Source: an uncultured Chthonomonadaceae bacterium (lineage in GTDB: Bacteria > Armatimonadota > Chthonomonadetes > Chthonomonadales > Chthonomonadaceae). Taken from it: a DNA stretch of 64,000 nucleotides. Positions 47,513 through 56,428 of the stretch are shown piece by piece (position 1 is the first letter of the stretch; each line of letters opens with the position of its first letter). A program made the position numbers and the translations under genes. The stretch is from contig CAWFQB010000004.1 in assembly GCA_963817895.1 (NCBI GenBank), positions 448,001-512,000 of the forward strand, read 5' to 3'. A model generated the notes under the pieces. It searched no databases and was not told the DNA's origin. It saw nothing but the letters and a program-made list of their open reading frames with translations.

Positions 47513-50500
47513 CTTGCATTTTTCCTCTGCTTCACTCTGGCAAACGCGGCGTGGAGTGACGAGGCTCCGATTCTGCGCGTCAATCCGGGCGGGCATACCG
47601 CGCAGGTGCGGGCGGTGCAGTTCACGCCGGATGGACAGCAGTTGATTTCCGCCGGGTTCGACAAAGTGGCGCGGGTCTGGAATTTGCGGACGGGGCGGCA
47701 AAGCGCGATACGGTTTCAGATCGGGCCGGATTTGGACGGGGCCGTAAAATCCGCGGTGATTTCCCCCGACTCGGCTTCGCATCTGCTCGCGCTGGGCCTG
47801 ACGAGTTCGCACGGCAACATTCTGCTGCTGGATTACACAACGGGCAAACTGGTCGGCAAACTGAGCGGCCACGCGGCCCGCATCCAGACCGCGCATGGCG
47901 ATATTCTGAATACCATCACGGGCCTTGCGTTCTCGGGTGACGGCAAAACGCTGGCATCGTGCGACACGGACGGAACTGTTCGATTGTGGGACGTTGCCGG
48001 ACAGAAATCGCTGCACGAGTGGTCATTAAAGGATCGGCAATCCCGCCCGTATCTTGCCGGGATCGCCCTTTCGCCGGACGGTTCGCAGCTTGCGGTCGCC
48101 AGCAATCATGAAACAACCCGCAACGCTTTCAGCGGGGATGTGCTTGTGTGGGACACGCATACTTTCAAGCAGACGCAAAAATGGCAGTGGCGCGATTTAA
48201 TCAACTGTATTGCCTGGTCGTCGCAGAACGCGCTCGCGTTCGGCAGCCGGGACGGAACCATTCAAATCTGGAACGCCCGAACCGCTTCCAAACCCGAACG
48301 CCTGCCCCGCCAGAAAGATACGGTTGTGTGCCTCGCGTTCAGCCCGGACGGGCGCGAACTGCTCAGTGGCGGTGGCGAAGGCGGGCAGGATTTGTCGGCA
48401 AGCGTATGGACCGGTCCCGATTTCCACCTTACCCGTACCTATCTCACTCATGCCGCGCCGATTTTCGCCTGCGCCCTTGCCCCGGACGGAGCGCAGGCTG
48501 CAACCGGCGATCTGTTCGGAACCATTCACGTCTGGAAAACCGATACCGGTGATGAAGTTCGCGCTTTGCAGGGAACCGGCAAGCCTGTGTTCGCCGTCGC
48601 CTGGTCGCCGGACAACGCGCAGGTCGCCTGGAACACGACGTTCAAAAGCGCGAAACTGGAAGCCGGGTTCGATCTGTCCCGCGCCGTACCCGCCGATGCG
48701 TTCGACCCGACGCTGCCCTGGAAGGGTGGGGAAACGCAGGGCGCGGGCGGTCAAATCAACATCGCTTTCGACAACGCCAGCCTGACAATGGGGGAGAAAC
48801 CCGGCGGCAAGGGCGGCAACCCGAAGCGTATTTCCGCGCAAACCGGCGATCTGTTCCGTTGCGCCACATATGCCCCGGAAGGCGGCGTAATTGTCGGCTC
48901 GGATCAGTATCTCGCGCTGTACGCCAAACCGGACGGCCCGCCCACGCGCCTGTTTGAGGGACACGAAGGCCCCGTCACTGCGGTTGCCGTTTCACCCAAC
49001 GGCAAATTTCTGGCCTCCGCTTCGATGGATCAGACCGTTCGCGTCTGGAGTCTCGACCCCAAAGACGAGGTTGTCGTTCTTGGGCGGCGCGTTGTCCGTC
49101 CCCTGCTGTCCATTTTTCAGGCCAACGACGATGATTGGGTGGCATGGACGCCGCAGGGGTATTACAACGCTTCGGCAACGGGCGACCGCTTGATCGGCTG
49201 GCACGTCAATCACGGCCTGGACAAACTGCCCGACTACTATTCCGCCGACCGGTTCGCGCCCCTGCTGTACCGCCCGGACATCATCTTTTACCAGTTCAAA
49301 ACTGGCAGCCTTGTCGAAGCCTTGCAGGAAGCGGACAAGGCGCGGGGCAAGCAGACCGTTGCCTACGACATCAATCAGGATTTAACCCGCCTCGCCCCGC
49401 GTCCCGTCGCGATTCAGTTTCCCGCCGAAGGCAGCGCTGTAGACAGCCCGGAACTGATAATAGGCGTGAAGTACGAGGGCAACGCGCAGAAAAGCGTCAG
49501 CGTGGGCGCGGTCGTGCTGGAAGCGCCAAGCGCGCGCAGCGTTGTCGAAGTGGATGCGGGCGCGGCGGCTAACGGGCAGAAACTCACAGTTCCCCTTGTG
49601 CCGGGACGCAACACGATTCGCGTTTATGCCGTCAATGCGCAGGGGGTGCGCGGCCTGGCTTCGGAACTACACGTCACCTACAACGCGCCCGCCGGTGAAG
49701 AATCCGGCCCGCATTTCGACACGCTGCATCTGCTGACAGTGGGCATCGGCAAATTCCCGAAACTGGATGAAAAGTGGCAGTTAGGGTACACCACGCAGGA
49801 CGCCAAAGCCGTAGACGCCCTGTACCGCGCCCAACAGGACAAACTGTTCAGCCATGTAGACGCGAAATCCCTGCTGGATTCAGAAGCGACGGGCGACAAC
49901 ATCATGCGATCCATCGAAGACCTGAGCAAACAGGTCGGCAAAAAGAAGCGCGATTTCGTTGTCTTGTTCGTCTCCTCGCACGGTTTTCCCGGCGGCCCGG
50001 ACAAAACCTCGCTGTTCTTCGCGCCCTCCAACCTTGACGCTTCCAGTCAGGCGAAGATGGAGGAAACGGGCGTGGCGTGGAACAAGATCATCGAACAGTT
50101 AAAGCAGCTCCCCTGCCCCGTTCTGCTGCTGATTGACACCTGCCATTCCGGGGGCGTAGGCATTGAACTGTTCCGCTCGTTCGACCCGGTAAAAGGGCGC
50201 GGATTCGACCCGCGCCGCGAAGCCATCCGAGAAGCGACGGAAAGCGGCCTGTACGTCCTGTCCGCCTGCCGCCCCACCGAGCAGAGCCTGGAAACCGAAG
50301 CGTGGATGCACGGCGCGTTCACCAAAGCGTTTCTGGAAATGGGGCAGGCGCAAAATAAAGCCCGCGTAGACCCGGACGGCGTGATTATCTTCCGCAACGC
50401 CTTCGACTACGTGTTCAACCGCGTCCGCGAACTCGTCGCCCCCGGCAAGCAAAGCCCCAAACTCTACGAACCGCTCGACTCCGCCGGCGACCTACCCTTG

Positions 50501-50515
50501 CTGAAAGTGCGCTGA
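47381..50515 (+). CDS. Exported WD40-repeat protein with C-terminal peptidase C14 (caspase-like) domain (gene 5; start uncertain)
   Basis: Signal-like LAFFLCFTLANAAWS; many GH...WD/W blades; catalytic FVSSHG and IDTCHSG; LSAC...Q.S.E....HGAFT. Confidence 0.92.
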   Translation: MRDKNIQRCLLPYVFFAARYIYTWMLTVCNTRPIRVYSRVFAANLAFFLCFTLANAAWSDEAPILRVNPGGHTAQVRAVQFTPDGQQLISAGFDKVARVWNLRTGRQSAIRFQIGPDLDGAVKSAVISPDSASHLLALGLTSSHGNILLLDYTTGKLVGKLSGHAARIQTAHGDILNTITGLAFSGDGKTLASCDTDGTVRLWDVAGQKSLHEWSLKDRQSRPYLAGIALSPDGSQLAVASNHETTRNAFSGDVLVWDTHTFKQTQKWQWRDLINCIAWSSQNALAFGSRDGTIQIWNARTASKPERLPRQKDTVVCLAFSPDGRELLSGGGEGGQDLSASVWTGPDFHLTRTYLTHAAPIFACALAPDGAQAATGDLFGTIHVWKTDTGDEVRALQGTGKPVFAVAWSPDNAQVAWNTTFKSAKLEAGFDLSRAVPADAFDPTLPWKGGETQGAGGQINIAFDNASLTMGEKPGGKGGNPKRISAQTGDLFRCATYAPEGGVIVGSDQYLALYAKPDGPPTRLFEGHEGPVTAVAVSPNGKFLASASMDQTVRVWSLDPKDEVVVLGRRVVRPLLSIFQANDDDWVAWTPQGYYNASATGDRLIGWHVNHGLDKLPDYYSADRFAPLLYRPDIIFYQFKTGSLVEALQEADKARGKQTVAYDINQDLTRLAPRPVAIQFPAEGSAVDSPELIIGVKYEGNAQKSVSVGAVVLEAPSARSVVEVDAGAAANGQKLTVPLVPGRNTIRVYAVNAQGVRGLASELHVTYNAPAGEESGPHFDTLHLLTVGIGKFPKLDEKWQLGYTTQDAKAVDALYRAQQDKLFSHVDAKSLLDSEATGDNIMRSIEDLSKQVGKKKRDFVVLFVSSHGFPGGPDKTSLFFAPSNLDASSQAKMEETGVAWNKIIEQLKQLPCPVLLLIDTCHSGGVGIELFRSFDPVKGRGFDPRREAIREATESGLYVLSACRPTEQSLETEAWMHGAFTKAFLEMGQAQNKARVDPDGVIIFRNAFDYVFNRVRELVAPGKQSPKLYEPLDSAGDLPLLKVR

Positions 50516-50601
50516 ACGCCTTTTTGCCCTCCCGCGCATCTTCCCAATGCGTGGTGAACTCAATTACTACATGTGAATTTTCAAGCCTCATGCCTAAATT
50601 T

Positions 50602-51351
50602 TTACTGCATTGATGCGCTACAAGATACGCATTTTTTATTTTTCGCCTCCTGTTGATGATTGCAATAGCGACAACGAACCAGTTCTTCGCCAGGCTGAGG
50701 CAGGCCATATCCGTTCGCCATATTGCGCTTCGCTTGCTCGCGTCTGTCGAGTTTTTGTGTTTGCGCTTCAGCGCGGTGTTTCTCATGATCTTCCTGGGAG
50801 ATGGACAACTGCTGACCAATCGCCTTCTGAATTTCAGGAGCAATTTCATTCGGATTGAACCTGGATACCAGATAGGCGCGACCAGCATACAACCCCATGC
50901 TCACGACGAGAATAAGAGAACTCCCTGCCAGTTCCCATTTGCCTGCCGTACTGCTTTTAGCTGTTAAGGTCGCCACTCCTACAAGCATACCCACGATAGC
51001 CACCACCAGTGTCATACCGCCTGCTGTAATCATCCACCTCTTCTGTCTTCCTTTAGTAATCGGGATCATGTCAGCTTGTAACCAACCGCAAGAAGGGCAT
51101 GGGACTGGTTCAATAGCGCTATTAAGCACGGCATCAAGTATGTAATTGACATTATGGCGTTTAGGTTCCATTAGGCTGCTTAAAGGACCGGTTGCCTTAC
51201 GAGTTACCTGATAAACGTAACCAACCTGACACTTCTCGCACTTGACCGTTTTGGCGCGTGTGCCTGTAATGGTTCCCGTACTCGATTCGCCCTTGATTTT
51301 TGAAACACCTTCCGCCCCATACACTATCAATCTCAAGAGTAAACGAAGCAT
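50602..51351 (-). CDS. Hypothetical zinc-ribbon membrane protein
   Basis: CEKC, CPSCGW, two TM helices, C-terminal CRYC...CVSC; RBS gaggag. Confidence 0.7.
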   Translation of the reverse strand: MLRLLLRLIVYGAEGVSKIKGESSTGTITGTRAKTVKCEKCQVGYVYQVTRKATGPLSSLMEPKRHNVNYILDAVLNSAIEPVPCPSCGWLQADMIPITKGRQKRWMITAGGMTLVVAIVGMLVGVATLTAKSSTAGKWELAGSSLILVVSMGLYAGRAYLVSRFNPNEIAPEIQKAIGQQLSISQEDHEKHRAEAQTQKLDRREQAKRNMANGYGLPQPGEELVRCRYCNHQQEAKNKKCVSCSASMQ

Positions 51352-51406
51352 TATTCCTCTCCTCAAGGCGTCATGTAGATGCCACGCTATCCACAAGCAT
51401 GAAACG

Positions 51407-51709
51407 TTATCTTGATGCCTGTTCGGAACGACGTGAGACTACTCGTATAGATACGCCCCTAATGCCGCGCCGTCCATTGCTGCGGTTCTGTGTTTCAATG
51501 ACATACTCGACTTCATCCCCTATTTGGCATTGGGATACTAGACTTTGCTTGCTGACAGTGACAAGCGGCGGGCAGCTGGCCCAATTCATGTCAGTATCTA
51601 TCCGCTCTTGTTGCCAGAAAGCCTTCAATTCCGCTGAGTTTTGTACACGAATGTTCCGCTGATTGCTACTAAACGGCACGATTTCGCCACGAACAGTAAA
51701 CTGTGCCAT
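51407..51709 (-). CDS. Hypothetical protein
   Basis: 100-aa ORF with plausible RBS; beta-rich composition. Confidence 0.45.
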   Translation of the reverse strand: MAQFTVRGEIVPFSSNQRNIRVQNSAELKAFWQQERIDTDMNWASCPPLVTVSKQSLVSQCQIGDEVEYVIETQNRSNGRRGIRGVSIRVVSRRSEQASR

Positions 51710-51819
51710 CTTCTTGCCCTTTCGATGCTACTCTACAGCTTTTGCGTTAGCTCCAAGCAGGATACTTCCCGCCAGATACCAGAGGAAGGCATGGGTATCT
51801 ACGAAATGCTTTGTTTCCA

Positions 51820-52038
51820 CTAAAGTTCAATGTCCTCATGCCACTCCGCGCCCTTAAAATCTTCTTCCGTCAGCGATTGAAGTTGAGGAAACATCCCAAA
51901 GGTTATCAACTGTGACGTTGTGGCTGGCGTTGGGTCGTCAGGAGTAACCGTAATCTTGTATTTGCGTGTACCCGGCAACTGGCTCAACTGCTTCACAAGT
52001 TGTTCCGGCGTTCCTTCATGAATCTGCGCGTGTGCCAT
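51820..52038 (-). CDS. Small hypothetical protein, antitoxin-like
   Basis: RBS ggagg + MAHAQIHEGT...ITFGMFPQLQSLTEEDFKGAEW. Confidence 0.55.
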   Translation of the reverse strand: MAHAQIHEGTPEQLVKQLSQLPGTRKYKITVTPDDPTPATTSQLITFGMFPQLQSLTEEDFKGAEWHEDIEL

Positions 52039-52363
52039 TGTCTTTGCCTCCGGTTCGATTCTGCCAATTATAACACACTCGTCAAGATAGTACAAACAGT
52101 TTAATAAATAATCGAAACACCGATTCAATTCAATTAGCGTAACGCGGGTACAGGCTGTTTGGCGCGGGGCAGTAACTTCTTCAAGTCCCGCGCGTCCGGC
52201 GCGATGACGACCACAACACTCCTTATGCATCGTCACGTCACCCGGAGAACGATGCAGGAAACGTCTGTACCCTTCCGCTTCCTCCAAGTTGGTGGGATAT
52301 GCGTCCACTACAATGGCGACGTTTGCCAGTGATGTCGAAATTTGGATTGCCTATCCAACCCGT

Positions 52364-53977
52364 TTAAACCTGTGCCTGCCACAGGGTCCAGTTGCCGTTG
52401 AACACGCGGAATGGTTTGTCCGGCGCAAACAGCAGCAGTTGTGTGGCGACCTTGTCCAGAAAGAAACGGTCGTGACTGACGACTACCACCGCGCCGGGGA
52501 AATGGATCAACGCCTGCTCCATCACCTGGGTACTGGTCAGATCCAGGTGATTTGTTGGCTCGTCCAGAACCAGCACCTGGGCGCCCGAAAGCAGGCACTG
52601 CGCGAGCGCCACCCGCGCCTTCTGCCCGCCGGAAAGCGTTCCGATCCTTTGCTGCATATCCATCTCCGAAAACTGAAGCAAGGAAAGAAAGCGATTCACC
52701 TGCTTTTTCTGCGCCTGGCCCGCCATGCTGAACTGACCACCGGTTGTGTTGACGGCATGTGTCACTGTGTCTTTCAGGTCAAGGTCGCGCTCAGCCGCAT
52801 TAAAATCCGCAAAGATGACGCCCCGTTCCCATACAACTTTGCCGGAACCGGGAGCTTCCTGCCCGGTCAGCAGGCGCAGCAGTGTGGACTTGCCGCTCCC
52901 ATTAGGCCCGACAATCCCCCACCGCTCTCCTTTCCCCACCTCCAGCGTGACGCTGTCAAAGAGGCGATTGTCGCCGTAAGCATGAGCCACCGCTTCCACC
53001 CGACACAACCGGTCGGGGATACGCAACCCCTGATAAATAGCGGTGATAATGGTGTCTACGGGGCGGGGAGCGCGACGTTTTCGGATGTCGGCCAGTTTGC
53101 GCTGCAGACTGTCACTGGGATTGCGCGCCAGTTCCTCGCGGTCAGAAGCCGCTTCCCCCTCCAGGGTCAGCAATTCTTCCTCATGTTCGAACTGCCGTTC
53201 CAGGTTTTTGAGGCGAAAAGGCTTGGTACGCACATAATTGGTGTAGGTCCCCGGATAATCGTGGAGATGATAGTTTTCGACCTCCACAACGCGCGTCACG
53301 ACCTGGTCCAGAAACTGGCGGTCATGCGAAACCAGGAGCAATCCGCCACGGTAGTCCCGCAGCCACGTTTCCAGCCAGGCCAGACCTTCCACATCCAGAA
53401 AGTTGGTCGGTTCATCCAGGAGCAGCACGTCGGGTTGTTCCAGCAGGATACGCGCAAGGGACGCGCGAATGCGCCATCCGCCCGAAAGCTCCTCAATCGG
53501 TTGATGGCGGCGGGTGGCGTTAAACCCCAATTTGGTGAGAACGGTGTCTATCTGGCGCGGATAATCCCATCCGCCTCTCCTGTCCATCTCTTCCAACAGG
53601 TGCGCCTGTCGGTCAATCAACGTTTCCATCTCCTGCATATCGGTGACGCTTTGCAGCGCCAGGCCGAGCCGATCCAATTCGTCCTCAACGGCCTTCAGGT
53701 CGGCGAACAACGCTTCCAATATCTGCTGAATGGAATCAGAACCGCTTAAATCGGAGAACTGAGAGAAGTAGCCCAGTCGTACGCCCTGAGTGACATCCAC
53801 CTCCCCTTCGTCCGGCTCCTCCTGTCCCAGAATCAGACGCAGCAGGGTCGTCTTGCCCGCGCCATTTCTGCCGAGCAACCCGACACGTTCTCCCGCTCGT
53901 AGTCGGAAAGAGACGTCGCGCAAAACCATCCGGTCGCCGTAACGCTTGGTGACGCGGCTCAACCGTACGAGGCTCAT
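52364..53977 (-). CDS. ABC-F family ATP-binding protein
   Basis: Two NBDs (GRNGAGKT/LSGGW/DEPTN and GPNGSGKS/LSGGQ/DEPTNH), VSHDR motifs, no TM segments. Confidence 0.93.
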   Translation of the reverse strand: MSLVRLSRVTKRYGDRMVLRDVSFRLRAGERVGLLGRNGAGKTTLLRLILGQEEPDEGEVDVTQGVRLGYFSQFSDLSGSDSIQQILEALFADLKAVEDELDRLGLALQSVTDMQEMETLIDRQAHLLEEMDRRGGWDYPRQIDTVLTKLGFNATRRHQPIEELSGGWRIRASLARILLEQPDVLLLDEPTNFLDVEGLAWLETWLRDYRGGLLLVSHDRQFLDQVVTRVVEVENYHLHDYPGTYTNYVRTKPFRLKNLERQFEHEEELLTLEGEAASDREELARNPSDSLQRKLADIRKRRAPRPVDTIITAIYQGLRIPDRLCRVEAVAHAYGDNRLFDSVTLEVGKGERWGIVGPNGSGKSTLLRLLTGQEAPGSGKVVWERGVIFADFNAAERDLDLKDTVTHAVNTTGGQFSMAGQAQKKQVNRFLSLLQFSEMDMQQRIGTLSGGQKARVALAQCLLSGAQVLVLDEPTNHLDLTSTQVMEQALIHFPGAVVVVSHDRFFLDKVATQLLLFAPDKPFRVFNGNWTLWQAQV

Positions 53978-54319
53978 GATTGCACCATAAAAATTGTTGT
54001 ACTCATGAGCTGAGTATACCTGTTCTACGAACCACTCGACTCAGCGGGCGACTTACCCTTGCTAAAGGCGCGCTGAAAGCTGGTTTGCCCGCCCGAATCA
54101 CACTGAGAACATCCCCTGCAACACAAAGGCTGCGCTCCCGTAACAGGAACGCAGCCTTTTATTTGATTGGTAGCCAACCATTAAAACTTGTGTGGCTGGC
54201 TGCCGAACATTAGAAACGCTTCAAGAGGACAGGAAGAGGCTGCGTAGGAGCTACCCTCTTTTGAAACCCGAATGGTTCTGTCCTCTTCAAGCCACGTTCG
54301 CTTGACCGCGCGGGTTGTG

Positions 54320-54598
54320 TCAATGCGAATAGCGACGATGCGCGCGCAAGCGCGCTCGGATCGCGTTCGCTTTCAGATGCGCGCGCTCGGCGGCGGCGCG
54401 GTTGCCATGGTTGATCTCCTGCGCGTAGACACCATGCAGTTTCTGCAGACGCTGCCGCGCCTGACGAACCATAGGGCGATGGTGTCCATAATCCATCTCA
54501 CGATGCTCATACCCCTGTGCAATGGCGCCGTTGCCGATACCGGCGAATAAGGCGCACAAACCGCCCAATGCGACAACCCTGGCGACTAAAACCTTCAT
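54320..54598 (-). CDS. Small secreted His/Arg-rich helical protein
   Basis: Signal peptide ending AIA; basic helical mature region; RBS gagga. Confidence 0.6.
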   Translation of the reverse strand: MKVLVARVVALGGLCALFAGIGNGAIAQGYEHREMDYGHHRPMVRQARQRLQKLHGVYAQEINHGNRAAAERAHLKANAIRARLRAHRRYSH

Positions 54599-54900
54599 GG
54601 GTTCATCCTCAACTTTCAAATTGAATTAGATGGGGGCATAAATGCTCCCTTCCTTTATGTCCACAGACGAAGGGAACAATGCGACGGTTAGTTCGCTCTG
54701 CGCCTCAAGTTCATCTGTAGTCATTTTCAAAAAGACGAAGCGCGATGCCTGACGTGACACATCTATCCTATGGGATTGCTGAAAGAACGAACGCATCATC
54801 CCTGTTACGGGTTGGGAGTTACCTTTAAGCTCCGACAGTGCCTGTCTTGACTTCTGCAGGTCCGCCTATCCTGTTTCCCTTGCGCATCGGAGATAGGCGT

Positions 54901-55386
54901 TCAGCCGCGACGAGCTGCCTCGATGGTCGCGATGTCGATCTTCTTCATCTGCATCATCGCCTCGAATGCGCGTTTGGCGACAGCGGGGTCGGCGTCTGTT
55001 ACCGCCTGGATCAGAGCGACCGGCGTGATCTGCCAGGACAATCCCCACTTATCCTTGCACCAGCCACACTCACTCTCTTCGCCGCCATTACCGACGATGG
55101 CGTTCCAGTAACGATCCGTTTCCGCCTGATCAACGGTTGAGACCTGAAACGAGAATGCTTCGCTGTGCTTGAACGCAGGCCCGCCATTAAGCCCGAGGCA
55201 GGGAATCCCCATCACGGTGAACTCGACCGTCAACACGTCCCCTTGCTTCCCGGCCGGATAGTCGCCCGGCGCGCGGTGTACCGCGCGGACGGTCGAGTCG
55301 GGGAATGTCTCGGCGTAAAATCGCGCCGCGTCCTCGGCGTCCCCGTCGTACCACAGACAGATCGTGTTCTTTGCTGGCTTTTCCAT
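54901..55386 (-). CDS. VOC family protein (PhnB / 3-demethylubiquinone-9 3-methyltransferase-like)
   Basis: ICLWYDGDAEDAARFY, LNGGP.F, CGWCKDKWGLSWQI, MKKIDIA. Confidence 0.92.
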   Translation of the reverse strand: MEKPAKNTICLWYDGDAEDAARFYAETFPDSTVRAVHRAPGDYPAGKQGDVLTVEFTVMGIPCLGLNGGPAFKHSEAFSFQVSTVDQAETDRYWNAIVGNGGEESECGWCKDKWGLSWQITPVALIQAVTDADPAVAKRAFEAMMQMKKIDIATIEAARRG

Positions 55387-55678
55387 TTCATCTCTCCTTC
55401 TTGATGAGCTGCCCCGAAGCCGGAGCCGTCGGCGCACCCGAAGTCAAAGGCATCCGTCCCGCAGACGTTTTTCACGCGCTTAAGCGCCGCAAGCTCCTGA
55501 TGACTTCTGCTATGACGGCTGTAACGGTTTTCGGGCGAGCCGGTTTCCTTACCCTCACTCATAGTCGAACGGCCGAACCGGAATTCGACAAATCATTCAA
55601 TAAATTTTCCGGCGATTGCCTGACTGTACTTAGTGAGTTGACGCCAACGGTTTTCTCAAGACCAGCAGAGGGCGCTTA

Positions 55679-56281
55679 TCAAGAGTTAAAAGGGCGTGAC
55701 CCCCTGATCAGGATGTCTATCAGGCGTGTGGCGCTTGCTTTCCAGTCTTCGCTCGGCCCAAAGAACGTGACGCCGACGATAGCCAGAATATGATCTACCG
55801 GGTTAATATCCGGTCGGATATCGCCCGATTGGATGGCCCGCTCATAGATCATCGTGGCCGCTCCTCGAACTTTCGACATGCTCTCCTCAAATACCGGGCT
55901 GCTGCCCACAAGACCGTTCAATGCGGCCGCAATAATCTTCTTGGTGGCAAGGTACTCAATAAAGAGTTGCAGCCAGGCCCGAATAGCCTCCTCTGGAGAC
56001 AACTCTCGAGAGAGTTGCTCGGCAGCATCAGCGAGCTTCTCCACCTCAGCTCGGTAGACCGCCCCCAGAAGCGCCTCTCGTGAGGGAAAGTGACGGTAAA
56101 GGGTGCCTGCGCCGACGCCAGCCTGTTTCGCGATGTCATCCAGGCTCGCGCCGGCGCCGTTTTCCGTGAAAGCCTCTTTAGCGATTTGAATGATTAACTC
56201 CCTGTTGCGCTGACCGTCAGATCGGGGCTTTCGTGATGATTGTGGGTTTTCCGCAGTTGGGGATGTTTTTTCGAGTTTCAT
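55679..56281 (-). CDS. TetR/AcrR family regulator
   Basis: RSDGQRNRE...ASLDDIAKQAGVGAGTLYRHFP. Confidence 0.93.
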   Translation of the reverse strand: MKLEKTSPTAENPQSSRKPRSDGQRNRELIIQIAKEAFTENGAGASLDDIAKQAGVGAGTLYRHFPSREALLGAVYRAEVEKLADAAEQLSRELSPEEAIRAWLQLFIEYLATKKIIAAALNGLVGSSPVFEESMSKVRGAATMIYERAIQSGDIRPDINPVDHILAIVGVTFFGPSEDWKASATRLIDILIRGSRPFNS

Positions 56282-56302
56282 AGGATTATGGCAAAATCGC
56301 GC

Positions 56303-56352
56303 TTGACAAACGGAGACTATCTCCGGTAATATATTAAGCGGAGATAGTCTCC
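56303..56352. promoter_or_regulatory. Divergent promoter with two palindromic TetR operators
   Basis: TTGACA (56303) followed by CGGAGACTATCTCCG (56311-56325) and its inverted copy CGGAGATAGTCTCC (56339-56352). Confidence 0.8.
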
Positions 56353-56428
56353 ATTATACCGATTTATTGCTGCGGGAGTCAACCGAGCGCGGGGAGTCGG
56401 ACGTTTGTGACTATCGAAGGAGAAAGCA

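Noticed and set aside
47381..50515. Caspase as part of a gasdermin or CARD-type anti-phage system
   Set aside because: No gasdermin, NLR/STAND or TIR neighbour; the protein appears exported and sits with surface lipoproteins.
52040..52360. N-terminal extension of ORF 51820..52308 and ORF 52308..52598
   Set aside because: A better RBS and start exist at 52038; the upstream part has no recognisable coding signal.
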